This document shows positions 22,253 to 32,271 of a stretch of 64,000 bases of DNA, piece after piece. A program made the translations under genes and the position numbers. The DNA comes from an uncultured Clostridia bacterium (GTDB lineage Bacteria > Bacillota > Clostridia > Christensenellales > UBA1242), in NCBI GenBank assembly GCA_934747885.1, contig CAKVHE010000001.1, positions 5,424 to 69,423 on the forward strand. The letters are read 5' to 3'. The notes below the pieces were generated by a model. The model was not told the DNA's origin, did no database searches, and saw only the letters and a program-made list of their open reading frames with translations. Within the stretch, counting starts at the first letter, position 1. The number at the start of each line of letters is the position of its first letter.

Positions 22253-25200
22253 TTATTTCCCTTTTGTCGAGTTTTTAAGCGCTTCGGAGAGTTGTACCGA
22301 CACAATTTTTGACACCCCGCGTTCTTCCATGGTAACACCATACAAACAATCGGCTAGTTCCATGGTTGGCTTACGGTGAGTTATTACTATAAACTGCGTG
22401 TAGTTGCTAAAACGCTTTAAGTATTTGGCAAAACGCTCTACGTTTGCGTCATCAAGAGCCGCCTCAATTTCGTCCAAAATACAGAAAGGCATCGGCTTTA
22501 ATTTTAATATCGCAAACAAAATTGCAATTGCCGTAAGTGCTTTTTCACCACCCGAAAGAAGTGTGATGTTTTGAAGTTTTTTACCGGTTGGTTCGGCTAC
22601 TATATCTATACCGCATTCTAGGCTGTTGTTTGGATCGGTCAAAATAAGTTCTGCCCTGCCACCGCCAAATAACTCACGGAAAATTGATTGGAAGTTTTGG
22701 TTGATTTTGTTAAACTCTGCCGTAAACTTGGTTTGCATTTCCGTCATTAAACTATTCATCAAGTCTTTTAAGTTGGCTTCGGCTTTTTCAAGGTCTTCTT
22801 TTTGTTTGCTTAGGTCTTCAAAACGTTCACCCACTTGCTTGTAACTATCTATGGCATTTACGTTAACATCGCCAAGACTAGCAATTTGGCGTTTGAGTTT
22901 GGACGCTTCTTGCAAACCACTTTCGAGATTGTATGGAGTTTCGCGGTAGTCACACGCCGACGCATAAGTTAAGCCGTAATCTTCCCACACCTTGTTTTGC
23001 ATAGTTTCGAGGTCGCTATCAATTTTGGTAAGGTTGTTTTCTTCTTTTGCCTTTTTGTCACCGATGCGTTGAAGTTCAGACGACAGCACTAGTTTTCTAT
23101 CGTCAATTTTGGTTAGGCTTGCCGATAATTCATCTTTTACGCCGTCTTTGCTTGCCAAAGCGTCACGCACTTTTTGCAACTTCTTTAAGTTCTCTTCATA
23201 CTTGGTTTTGTCTACCGAACTGGTAAGTTTGCTTTCTAGTTCGCTAGTTTGAAGATAGTTTCGGTTGAGTTCGCCAAGGGCGCTATCTAGTTCTTTTTGG
23301 GTTTCGGTTTGAGTATCTTTTAGTCTAAATAGTTCGCCTTCTAGCGACACAATTTCGCTTTCCGCACCCGCAAGTTTAACTTTTAGTTCGGTGCTTTCTT
23401 CGGTTAAATTATCTCTTCTAATTTTCCATTTTTTGAGTTCAAGGTTGGCGCTAGATGCATAATCGGTAATTTTTTCGCCCGTTTCCATTTTTGCCTTTAA
23501 ATCATTTAGTGAGGCAAGGTCAGCTTTTAGTTCTTTGGCGGTTTGTTCTAGCGCTTTGTGGTTGGCCTCGGTTTCGGCGCTCTCTTTAATTAGCGCTTGC
23601 GCTTCAATATTTATTTGCGACAAATTTTGACTCTCTTTGGCAATAACAATATCGCATTGCACCGAAGCACTTTCTAGCGCTTTTAATTTGTCGGCAAAAC
23701 CATCTGTTTCTGCGTCAATACCTGCTATTTCTTTTTTTATTACCTCAATTTGCTCTTCGCTCTTTTTAATGGCTTCGTTGGTATCTTTTATTTCGCGCTC
23801 TCTGCCAATTAAACTTACGCCTTGAGCCTTACGGCTACCGCCAGACATTGTGCCTTGTGGGTTGATTATATCGCCGTCCAAGGTAACAATTTTGAAGCTA
23901 TAACGGCATTCTTTTGCAAGACGCACCGCCGTATCGATGTCTTCCACTATAACAGTTGAGCCAAGCATCGACGAGAACACGTTTTTGTACGCGCTGTCAA
24001 ACTCAATTAGATCGAGCGCCACACCACAACATTTTGGGGTGGCGTTAATTATGCGCATCAAATCGCCGGCTATAGTGCGTTCCTTCATTGCCGTAAGTGG
24101 CATAAAAGTGGCACGGCCAAAGTTTTGCGCTTTTAAAAACTCAATAATATATTTGGCGTCATTTTCGTTTTTGGTTACAATGTTTTGCACCGATGCACCA
24201 AGCGCCATTTCTATTGCGCATTCGTACTTTTTGCTGGTTTTCATAAGCTTGGCAACGGTGCCAACAAATTTGCCAGCAAGAGTACTATTGGTTTTGCTTG
24301 CTTCCAAAATTTTGCGTATGCTAAGTTGGTAACCTTCGTTTTCTTTTTGCATTTCAATTAAAAGATTTAAGCGGCTTTTTAGGCTATGATAATGATTGGT
24401 TTCTTCTAGTAGTTCGTCCTCTAGCGCACTCTTTTTGTAAGCAAGTTTTAGTTGGTTTTGTTTTTCATCTTTTATTGTCTGCTCGGTTTGCGCCTTTTGT
24501 TTTTTGCTTGTCGAAACCGTTTCGGTGCTTGCCGCGACTTTGGCTTTTATTTCTTCCGAGCGAGCAACAATTTCTTTTTTACGAGCCACAAGTTCAGCAA
24601 TTGAACCACCAACGTGTTTTATCTCGTTTTCTACGGCTGAAATTTTTGCTTTGCAATCGCCAATTTTGTCAATGTTTTCAAAGAGTTTGGCGGTGTTTGC
24701 TTCGGCATTTTGTTCTTCGGCCGAAATTTTTGCTTGCACTTCGGTCAAGGCTTTTGTAGTTTCGTCGCTGCTGCGCGTAAGTTCTGCCACAATTACCTTT
24801 TTAGCTTTTAGTTCGTTATCTATCTTTTCAATTCTTTCAGTTACTGCTTCAAGTTTGAGTTTTAGTTGCTCTATGGTCAAATTTAATTTATCGGTGGCTT
24901 CTTTTGATGCCGACATTTTTTCTTTAAGAAGCATACTTTCGCCCGCTTGTTTTTCAAGCCCTACCGTTAAATTTAAAAGTTCATCGCGAAGCGCCTCTAT
25001 GTCGTCGTCTAGTGAGCGGAGTTTGTTAAAACTGCTATTGTATTCGTTTACCGCGTCTTCAAATTCTTGATTTTTTAAGGTAAGTTCATCTTCGTAGCCC
25101 TGAATTTTTTGTTGGAGTTTGGCCTTGGCTTCGGTGGATGAATCGTACTGATACAAATAGTTGTTTATGTCTAGCGCGCGCAAACGATCTCTAAATTCTA

Positions 25201-25846
25201 GGTACTTTTTGGCGGTTTCCGACTGCTCTTTGAGTGGCCCAATTTGAATTTCGAGTTCGTGCAAGATATCCAAAATACGCACCATATTATCGTGCGTGTG
25301 TTCTAGTTTGCGTTCGGCTTCGGTTTTGCGATATTTTAGTTTGCTAATGCCCGCTGCTTCTTCAAAAATATTGCGACGGTCTTCGGGTTTGGCGCTCAAA
25401 ATTTCATCAATTCTGCCCTGACCAATAATGGAGTAACTTTCTTTGCCTAGCCCGCTATCGCGCAAAAGTTCGGCAATATCTTTTAGCCGGCAAGGTTCAT
25501 GATTGATGGCATATTCACTTTCGCCACTGCGATAAAGTTTACGCGAAATAACCACCTCGTCAAAATCTACATTAAAAATTTTTGAGGTGTTGTCAAAGGT
25601 AAGCGAAACTTCGGCAAATGATTGAGATTTGCGCGCTTCGGTTCCGTTAAAAATTACATCTTGCATGGACGAACCACGAAGCATTTTTGCGCTTTGTTCG
25701 CCTAGTACCCATCTTACTGCATCGGCAACATTACTTTTGCCACAGCCGTTTGGCCCAACTATACCGGTAACGCCCGAGTTAAAATTAACTTGGACCTTAT
25801 CGGCAAAGGATTTAAAACCAAACAGTTCCATCTTTTTGAAATTCAT
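22253..25846 (-). CDS. smc: chromosome segregation protein SMC
   Basis: 1197 aa. N-terminal Walker A GPNGCGKSN, long coiled coils, hinge, C-terminal LSGGEK signature and Walker B ILDEIEAALD. Confidence 0.97.
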   Translation of the reverse strand: MNFKKMELFGFKSFADKVQVNFNSGVTGIVGPNGCGKSNVADAVRWVLGEQSAKMLRGSSMQDVIFNGTEARKSQSFAEVSLTFDNTSKIFNVDFDEVVISRKLYRSGESEYAINHEPCRLKDIAELLRDSGLGKESYSIIGQGRIDEILSAKPEDRRNIFEEAAGISKLKYRKTEAERKLEHTHDNMVRILDILHELEIQIGPLKEQSETAKKYLEFRDRLRALDINNYLYQYDSSTEAKAKLQQKIQGYEDELTLKNQEFEDAVNEYNSSFNKLRSLDDDIEALRDELLNLTVGLEKQAGESMLLKEKMSASKEATDKLNLTIEQLKLKLEAVTERIEKIDNELKAKKVIVAELTRSSDETTKALTEVQAKISAEEQNAEANTAKLFENIDKIGDCKAKISAVENEIKHVGGSIAELVARKKEIVARSEEIKAKVAASTETVSTSKKQKAQTEQTIKDEKQNQLKLAYKKSALEDELLEETNHYHSLKSRLNLLIEMQKENEGYQLSIRKILEASKTNSTLAGKFVGTVAKLMKTSKKYECAIEMALGASVQNIVTKNENDAKYIIEFLKAQNFGRATFMPLTAMKERTIAGDLMRIINATPKCCGVALDLIEFDSAYKNVFSSMLGSTVIVEDIDTAVRLAKECRYSFKIVTLDGDIINPQGTMSGGSRKAQGVSLIGREREIKDTNEAIKKSEEQIEVIKKEIAGIDAETDGFADKLKALESASVQCDIVIAKESQNLSQINIEAQALIKESAETEANHKALEQTAKELKADLASLNDLKAKMETGEKITDYASSANLELKKWKIRRDNLTEESTELKVKLAGAESEIVSLEGELFRLKDTQTETQKELDSALGELNRNYLQTSELESKLTSSVDKTKYEENLKKLQKVRDALASKDGVKDELSASLTKIDDRKLVLSSELQRIGDKKAKEENNLTKIDSDLETMQNKVWEDYGLTYASACDYRETPYNLESGLQEASKLKRQIASLGDVNVNAIDSYKQVGERFEDLSKQKEDLEKAEANLKDLMNSLMTEMQTKFTAEFNKINQNFQSIFRELFGGGRAELILTDPNNSLECGIDIVAEPTGKKLQNITLLSGGEKALTAIAILFAILKLKPMPFCILDEIEAALDDANVERFAKYLKRFSNYTQFIVITHRKPTMELADCLYGVTMEERGVSKIVSVQLSEALKNSTKGK

Positions 25847-25854
25847 AATTTATC

Positions 25855-26517
25855 CTAAACACTTTTTAAATTTTTTCGCGCTTCGCCCGCCGCTAGTTGT
25901 TCAGCATCGCGCTTGGTTTTTGCAGTGCCTTTGCCCACAGCAAGTCCGTTTATGTACACGGTTGCAACAAAGGTTGGGTCGTGGTCGGCACCAGATTTTT
26001 TTACTGAATACTCAATTTTTGAGCCAATAAAATGTTCTTGCAAATAACTTTTGTGGTCATCGAGCGAAGACAAGGCCTCGTTTTGTTTTATAGACACGCT
26101 AAAATTGCGCAAAACAAACTTTTTGGCTTCGGCAAACCCACCATCAATATAAATGGCGCCAATGGTGGCTTCCACAAGGTCGGCCTTCATTGAGTCGGTT
26201 GCTTCTTTGGCCTTAGAAGAGCCCGCAAAACGCAGGTACTTTGATAGTCCAAGTTTGCCATCTATTACCGAAAGCGGTTTTAGTGAAACAATTTTGGCAC
26301 GAAGTTTGGAGAGTTTGCCTTCGTTGTAATCTTTGTCCAAATAAATTTGTTCACTAATTATGGTGCTTAAAACGGTATCGCCCAAAAATTCTAGCCTTTC
26401 GTTGCTTGTGGTGTCGTGCAAGTTGGCATAACTGGAATGCGTTAGGGCTTCGGCAAGTAATTTTTTGTTTTTAAAGGTGTAGCCGATAATTTTTTCGACT
26501 TCTGCTAAATTTTCCAA
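25855..26517 (-). CDS. rnc: ribonuclease III
   Basis: NERLEFLGD catalytic signature and a C-terminal dsRBD. Confidence 0.95.
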   Translation of the reverse strand: MENLAEVEKIIGYTFKNKKLLAEALTHSSYANLHDTTSNERLEFLGDTVLSTIISEQIYLDKDYNEGKLSKLRAKIVSLKPLSVIDGKLGLSKYLRFAGSSKAKEATDSMKADLVEATIGAIYIDGGFAEAKKFVLRNFSVSIKQNEALSSLDDHKSYLQEHFIGSKIEYSVKKSGADHDPTFVATVYINGLAVGKGTAKTKRDAEQLAAGEARKNLKSV

Positions 26518-27546
26518 TTATTCTTCCCCTAAATTTAGTTTTTGTAGTTCGGTTTCGAGTTGTTTCATAAAGCCAGCCAAATAAATTTTTCTAACCAGCG
26601 TTATGGAGCCAAGTATAGCAATGGCGTCCGACGAGCCGTGAGATTTTACCACTATACGTTTGCAACCCAAAAATGGCGAACCTCCAACTGCATTGTAATC
26701 GAGGTCACTTTTTATTTTCTTAAAGGTCTTCTTGAGAAGTAACGCGCCGAGTTTTGCAAACAAGCCGCCATTCTTGATGCCGCTTTTAAGTTTTTTTAGC
26801 ACAAACACCGCCGAACCTTCGGTGGCTTTTAGTGCAACGTTGCCGGCAAAGCCATCGCTTACTACAACGTCATAATTTCCGCTAGTTAAGTCGCGCGCTT
26901 CCATATTGCCGACAAAATTTATGCTATCCATATTTTTTAAAAGTTCAAAACTGCTATGCGCCAGTTCGTTGCCCTTTTTGTCTTCTACGCCCACATTAAG
27001 TAGTGCAACGCGTGGGTTTTCCACCCCATACATACACTTCATATAAATGGAACCCATTAGAGCAAACTGCGCCAAAAATTCTGGTTTGCTATCCATATTT
27101 GCGCCACAGTCTATAAGCAAGGTATATCCGCCTGCAAGGTTTGGTATTGGTGGCGCCAAAGCCGGACGCTTGATGCCTTCAAATCTGCCCATCTTTAAGA
27201 GTGCACCTGTTAGCACTGCTCCGGTGCTTCCTGCCGATACAAAACCTGCAATTTGGTCGTCCGCGCTATTTTTGTTGATGTAGTCAAAGCCAACCACCAG
27301 CGAACTATCCTTTTTTTGCCTTATGGCAAGAGTTGGCGATTCGTTGTTGGTAATAACTTCGGTGGCGTTTAAGATTGTTATTTTATCACCGCTATAACCA
27401 TTTTTTTGTAATTCGGGTTTTAAGATATCTTCGTTTCCCACCAAAATTATTTCTAGGTCGTCAAACCTAGTTACTGCTAAAATTGCACCCTTTACCACTT
27501 CGGTTGGCGCGTTGTCGCCCCCAAAACCATCTAGTACTATTTTCAT
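26518..27546 (-). CDS. plsX: phosphate acyltransferase PlsX
   Basis: MKIVLDGFGGDNAP start and SAG.TGA and DGF.GNV motifs. Confidence 0.95.
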   Translation of the reverse strand: MKIVLDGFGGDNAPTEVVKGAILAVTRFDDLEIILVGNEDILKPELQKNGYSGDKITILNATEVITNNESPTLAIRQKKDSSLVVGFDYINKNSADDQIAGFVSAGSTGAVLTGALLKMGRFEGIKRPALAPPIPNLAGGYTLLIDCGANMDSKPEFLAQFALMGSIYMKCMYGVENPRVALLNVGVEDKKGNELAHSSFELLKNMDSINFVGNMEARDLTSGNYDVVVSDGFAGNVALKATEGSAVFVLKKLKSGIKNGGLFAKLGALLLKKTFKKIKSDLDYNAVGGSPFLGCKRIVVKSHGSSDAIAILGSITLVRKIYLAGFMKQLETELQKLNLGEE

Positions 27547-27630
27547 TTAACTATACTTCTCCAAAATAAATATTGTTTACTCTTTAATTATACATACTTT
27601 GCGCCCTACAATCAAACAATTTTTGCACAA

Positions 27631-27668
27631 AAAAATAAAACTTTCAAGCGTGTACGCTTGAAAGTTTT
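27631..27668 (-). terminator. intrinsic terminator after rpmF
   Basis: AAAACTTTCAAGCG-tgta-CGCTTGAAAGTTTT, with a U-run in minus sense. Confidence 0.75.
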
Positions 27669-27678
27669 TGATCTAAAA

Positions 27679-27873
27679 CTACTTTTTAGTTTTGTCAGAA
27701 GCAACTGCAATTTTTTTCTGTCCATCATAATAACCGCACTTTGTGCAAACGCTGTGTGCAACTTTGGCTTCATGACATTGTGGACATTCAACAATAGTTG
27801 GCGCATTTGCTTTCCAATTAGCAATTCTAGAACGACCTTTAGATTTCGATACCTTGGTTTTTGGTACTGCCAT
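27679..27873 (-). CDS. rpmF: 50S ribosomal protein L32
   Basis: MAVPKTKVSKSKGRSR start and a CxxC...CxxC zinc ribbon. Confidence 0.96.
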   Translation of the reverse strand: MAVPKTKVSKSKGRSRIANWKANAPTIVECPQCHEAKVAHSVCTKCGYYDGQKKIAVASDKTKK

Positions 27874-27957
27874 TATTATTTCCTCCTAACTAACTAAATC
27901 AAATCGTAAAAACGTTAGTATTATATTACACAAATTGACTTTTGTCAATTGGTTTTT

Positions 27958-29160
27958 TTACTTTTTTGTTATTACTTCTTCCGTCTGTTTTGCAATTACA
28001 AGTTCTTCGTTGGTTGGCACAATCAAAACTTTTACCTTTGAGCCTTTGCCCGAAATATCAAATTCTTTGCCACGAGGCGCATTGTAATTTTTTACGTTGT
28101 CAATTTTTATGCCAAAAAAGTCCATATTTGCACAAATGCGTTCACGAAGTTCTGGCGTGTATTCACCAATACCGGCAGTAAACACTATTGCATCTAACCC
28201 GTTCATACTAGCAGTATAAGCGCCAATATATTTTTTTACGCGGTAAGCGTACATATCTAGCGCTAGTTTTACTTTTGGCGTGTTAATATTTTCGGCACTG
28301 GTAAGTTCACGCATATCCGAAACGCCGTCATTTAAGCCATAAAGTCCGCTTTCTTTGTTAAGTTGGCGAACCACTTCGCTGGCGTCTACATTTAACTTTT
28401 TGCACAAAAATTCTACCACGCTGGCGTCAATATCGCCACTACGAGTGTTCATAATTACGCCTTCTAGTGGAGTAAAGCCCATAGAGGTATCCACGCTTTT
28501 GCCACCATTTACGGCGCAAATGCTAGAACCGCCACCAAGGTGACATGTGATAATTTTTAGGTCCTTTAACTCTTTATGCAAAATATCAGCCGTGCGCTGG
28601 GTTACATAATAGTGTGATGTACCGTGCGCGCCATAACGACGAATTTTGTATTCATCATAATATTTGTTGGCAATTGCATAGCGGTAAGCGTAGTCTGGCA
28701 TAGTTTTATGAAAGCCAATATCAAACACGCAAACATTTGGAATGCGTGGCGCAACCTTCATACTTGCTTCCAAACCGGCAATCGCGCCAGGCATATGAAG
28801 AGGCGAAAAGTCTACGCGCGTTTTAAAATCTGCCACAACATCAGCATCTGCCCTTATTGGGTCAAAATATTTGTCGCCGGCGTTAACTACGCGGTGACCG
28901 ATTGCGTCTACTTCGTCAATACTCTTTAAGGCGCCAATTTGCTTGTTCGTTAGCGTTTTAAAGATTAGTTTTACAGCTTCACTGTGGTCATCAATTTTTT
29001 CGTCAAACTTGTAACTTTCGCCGTTGCGTTTGTAACTCAAAAACGACGCCCCCTCACCAATACGTTCAACATTACCTTTTGCCAAAATTTCTTCAGTTTC
29101 GGTATTTAAAAGTTGAAACTTCATTGAACTGCTTCCGGCATTTACTACTAAAATTTTCAT
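27958..29160 (-). CDS. ackA: acetate kinase
   Basis: MKILVVNAGSSS.KFQL start plus HRVVHGG-like, GAHGTSH and FTAGIGE motifs. Confidence 0.96.
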   Translation of the reverse strand: MKILVVNAGSSSMKFQLLNTETEEILAKGNVERIGEGASFLSYKRNGESYKFDEKIDDHSEAVKLIFKTLTNKQIGALKSIDEVDAIGHRVVNAGDKYFDPIRADADVVADFKTRVDFSPLHMPGAIAGLEASMKVAPRIPNVCVFDIGFHKTMPDYAYRYAIANKYYDEYKIRRYGAHGTSHYYVTQRTADILHKELKDLKIITCHLGGGSSICAVNGGKSVDTSMGFTPLEGVIMNTRSGDIDASVVEFLCKKLNVDASEVVRQLNKESGLYGLNDGVSDMRELTSAENINTPKVKLALDMYAYRVKKYIGAYTASMNGLDAIVFTAGIGEYTPELRERICANMDFFGIKIDNVKNYNAPRGKEFDISGKGSKVKVLIVPTNEELVIAKQTEEVITKK

Positions 29161-29169
29161 ATTCTCTCC

Positions 29170-30165
29170 TTAAATTTGCAATATTGTTATTGCGGTTTGT
29201 AAAAATATTTCTTCTGCGGTTGTTCCGCGAGATAGGTCATTTACTGGTTTGTTCAAACCTTGCAAAATTGGACCAATTGCCCTAGCGCCCGAAAATTGTT
29301 GCACTAGTTTGTAGCCAATATTGCCGGCATCTAGGTCTGGGAAAACCAACACGTTGGCGTTGCCACAAATTTTGCCACCTGGCATTTTGCGTTTTGCCGT
29401 TTCGGCACATAGTGCCACATCGGCTTGCATTTCGCCGTCCACTACTAATGTTTTATCACTATTTTTTACTTTTTGCAAGGCCTCTTTTACTTTTAGTATC
29501 GTTTCATCATCGGTTTTGCTTGCGTTTGTTGAGTAAGATAATAGCGCCACTCTTGGCTCTTCGTTTAGCAAAATTTTTGCAGTTACGCTACTTGCAAGAG
29601 CAATATCGGCAAGGTCGTCTGCGGTTGGATGCGGAATAACGCCACAATCGGCAAAAATAACCGCGCCACCTTCGGTGCGTTTGTCTTCCATTAAAAAGCA
29701 ACTAGATACTTTGTTTATGTTTGGTTTTGATCTTATTATTTGAAAAGCTGGACGCATAACATCGGCAGATTTTAGCACAGCGCCTGCCACTAGCCCGTCT
29801 ACCTTGCCGGCGCTTAGTAGCATGCATGCAAAGTACATTGGGTCTTGCATTTGCTGTTGTGCCATTTCGGGCGTTACGCCTTTATGTTTGCGCATTTCGT
29901 AAAATTGCTCCGCTAGGCTTGCGGTAAGGTCACTTTCTGCCGGATCGTAAATTATTACCTTTTTAAGCGCCATAGCGTCTAGATCTCTTTCTATTTGTTT
30001 TCTGCTACCTACTAGCGCTATGGTGCAAAGGTTCTCTTTTACGCACATTTGGGTGGCGGAAATGACCCTTGGGTCATGCGTTTCGGCATAAGCAATTGTT
30101 GCCCTCTTTTTTGCTTTGGCGCGCGAAATTAAACTGTCAAGCACGCCTATTGTTTGGTCTTTCAT
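29170..30165 (-). CDS. pta: phosphate acetyltransferase (short Pta form)
   Basis: Start taken at MKDQTIG (30165) behind AGGAGA. PTA_PTB-domain motifs (DGE.Q.D.A, VFPDL.AGNI.YK). The longer ORF to 30228 lacks an SD. Confidence 0.9.
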   Translation of the reverse strand: MKDQTIGVLDSLISRAKAKKRATIAYAETHDPRVISATQMCVKENLCTIALVGSRKQIERDLDAMALKKVIIYDPAESDLTASLAEQFYEMRKHKGVTPEMAQQQMQDPMYFACMLLSAGKVDGLVAGAVLKSADVMRPAFQIIRSKPNINKVSSCFLMEDKRTEGGAVIFADCGVIPHPTADDLADIALASSVTAKILLNEEPRVALLSYSTNASKTDDETILKVKEALQKVKNSDKTLVVDGEMQADVALCAETAKRKMPGGKICGNANVLVFPDLDAGNIGYKLVQQFSGARAIGPILQGLNKPVNDLSRGTTAEEIFLQTAITILQI

Positions 30166-30176
30166 TGTTCTCCTAC

Positions 30177-30204
30177 TTGATTTAAAAATATTTTTTGGTA
30201 TAAT
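30177..30204 (+). promoter_or_regulatory. tmcAL promoter (extended -10), back to back with the pta promoter
   Basis: TTGATT-16 nt-TGGTATAAT, followed by AAGGAA and ATG at 30246. Confidence 0.55.
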
Positions 30205-30245
30205 GGTATTATAATAAATCTTTTTCAACTAAGCAAGGAAATATT

Positions 30246-31391
30246 ATGCATAATTTAAATTTTGTTGCCGTTGTCGCGGAATTTAACCCCGTTACCGGTG
30301 GGCATAGATATTTGGTTAAAAAAGCCAAAGAAATTACCGGGCTGCCCGTGCTGGCTATTCTTAGCGGAAATTTTGTTCAGCGAGGCGAACCAGCCGTTAT
30401 TGGTAAGTTTGACCGCGCCAAACTTGCGCTGGATATTGGCGCTGATGTGGTTATTGAACTCCCTACCGTGTTTGCTTTGTCTTCCGCGCCAGACTTTGCT
30501 TATGGCGCCATAAAATGGCTATCGGCGTGCAAAAACATAAAGTACCTAATTTTTGGCAGTGAATGCGGCGACTTAAAAAGGCTTCAAAAGGTCGCAGACG
30601 AAGTGAGTTTGGCTAGCAATTCGACAAAAATAAAATCGGCGCTAAAAACCGGCAAATCTTTTGCCACAAGCGTGCTTGATGGGCTTACAGCCGAAACTCA
30701 AAGTGTACTAAAACTTCCAAACAACCTACTTGGCGTGGAATACTTAAAGGCAATAAAAAGCCTTGACAGTCACCTTGTGCCAATTACCATTAGCCGCAAA
30801 GGCGCGCACGGACAAGCCGACACCGAAAACTTTTTTAGCAGCAGCGCAGTGCGCGAACTTTTGATAAATGGCAATTATGATAGTGACCAAATTATTTTTG
30901 ACGCTAAGCTGCACAAACCTTTTTTGTGCGTTAACAACTTTGAAAAACCAATAAAATGCGCCTTTGTTAAAGCAAGCCGCAAAGACCTTGCAAAAATAAA
31001 CGGTGCTAGCGAAGGCATCGAAAACTTGCTGGCAAAAACCCTTGCTGAGCCAAAGAGCCTAACCGAAATTTTGGATAACACTGCATGCAAGCGCTATGGC
31101 CGCGCCAAACTTTCACGCTTTGCTTTTTGCACTTTGCTAGATATTAAAAAAACCGATTTAAAACTTGCAAAAACCATCACGCCATATTTTCACATCTTGG
31201 CGGTAAAAGACAAAAAGTTGCTTGCCCCTCTTGCAAGCGGAAAAGCAAAACTAATTACTAAAAAGGCCGACACCGAAAAGTTGAGTGTAGGCGCCAAAAA
31301 GATTTTTAATATTGATGTGCTTGCCACCAAACTTTATGCCGCCGTTGGTGGCGGAATTAACCCAAATGCCGATTTTGAAACCAAACTATAA
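30246..31391 (+). CDS. tmcAL: tRNA(Met) cytidine acetate ligase (YlbM/UPF0348 nucleotidyltransferase)
   Basis: V.AEFNP.T.GH.YL...AKE start, P.NLLG.EY.KA, and the ylb synteny block. Confidence 0.85.
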   Translation: MHNLNFVAVVAEFNPVTGGHRYLVKKAKEITGLPVLAILSGNFVQRGEPAVIGKFDRAKLALDIGADVVIELPTVFALSSAPDFAYGAIKWLSACKNIKYLIFGSECGDLKRLQKVADEVSLASNSTKIKSALKTGKSFATSVLDGLTAETQSVLKLPNNLLGVEYLKAIKSLDSHLVPITISRKGAHGQADTENFFSSSAVRELLINGNYDSDQIIFDAKLHKPFLCVNNFEKPIKCAFVKASRKDLAKINGASEGIENLLAKTLAEPKSLTEILDNTACKRYGRAKLSRFAFCTLLDIKKTDLKLAKTITPYFHILAVKDKKLLAPLASGKAKLITKKADTEKLSVGAKKIFNIDVLATKLYAAVGGGINPNADFETKL

Positions 31392-31407
31392 AGCGTTTAG
31401 CAAATGC

Positions 31408-31437
31408 AAAAGCGACCCGATTACTCGGGTCGCTTTT
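31408..31437. terminator. bidirectional terminator between convergent tmcAL and the pnuC-like gene
   Basis: AAAAGCGACCCGA-ttac-TCGGGTCGCTTTTT. Confidence 0.8.
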
Positions 31438-31457
31438 TGTTACCATTTTGCTACTAG

Positions 31458-32261
31458 TTAGTTTTGCGTTTTTGCGGCTTTGTTAAACCTTATGCATTTT
31501 ATAACGTCCATAACGAGATACATTGCAAACAGAAGCGCAAAGGCAATTGTGCCATCAGCAAAGTTATAAATTACGGCAAGCAGCGCCCACATGGCCATCG
31601 CAAAGCCGACCGCAAAGATGCGCACTGCATAATATTCGCAGTATCTGCCATTTACCAAAAATACCGAAACCATTAACAACACCGCACTAATGCTATCTAT
31701 TAGCGCCATTTCTTCACCCATGCTATAAACCACGGCGCCAAGTCCTAGCGTTAAAAGCGCACCCGCAATAGTGGTAACCACCACCCCGCTTGGTTCGAGT
31801 TTTTTATTTTTTAAGATTGAAACATCATTGTGGTTTTGGTTTTCAAAAAAGTAAATTAGTTGGGTTGGAAGATAAAAGGCAATATGCAAAAAGGCGTGTG
31901 CGTACATTCCTATTTGCACGCAAAGGTAAGCGTATATGCTACACGTCGCAAAAGCAAAGATGCAGGCAAACATTTTGTTTGAATCGGTAAAAAAGTTCCA
32001 GCACGCGCCAAAAGCAAGCACCGAAATGGCCGCCAAACTGGACATATTTATTAAGTAAAAGAAAATACCAAGCGCAATAAATATCATAGTAACCGACCAT
32101 TCGGCAGTGCGATCAGTAATTTGCCTTTTGGCGTCCACAATTTCGTTTTCTACCGACTCTATGGCAAAGGTTTCGGTTTGAACTATTTCTTCTGTTTCTA
32201 CCTTTTCCGTTTGCGTGGTCTGTGTTTTTTGTAAAGTTTTTTCGTTAAGTTCTTTTTTCAT
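31458..32261 (-). CDS. multi-TM membrane protein, possibly PnuC-type nicotinamide riboside transporter, with a ~50-aa hydrophilic N-terminal extension
   Basis: 267 aa, ~7 TM segments. IYAYLCVQIGMYAHAFLHIAFYLPTQLIYFF resembles the PnuC core (recalled pattern only). Confidence 0.4.
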   Translation of the reverse strand: MKKELNEKTLQKTQTTQTEKVETEEIVQTETFAIESVENEIVDAKRQITDRTAEWSVTMIFIALGIFFYLINMSSLAAISVLAFGACWNFFTDSNKMFACIFAFATCSIYAYLCVQIGMYAHAFLHIAFYLPTQLIYFFENQNHNDVSILKNKKLEPSGVVVTTIAGALLTLGLGAVVYSMGEEMALIDSISAVLLMVSVFLVNGRYCEYYAVRIFAVGFAMAMWALLAVIYNFADGTIAFALLFAMYLVMDVIKCIRFNKAAKTQN

Positions 32262-32271
32262 AAAGCAACTC

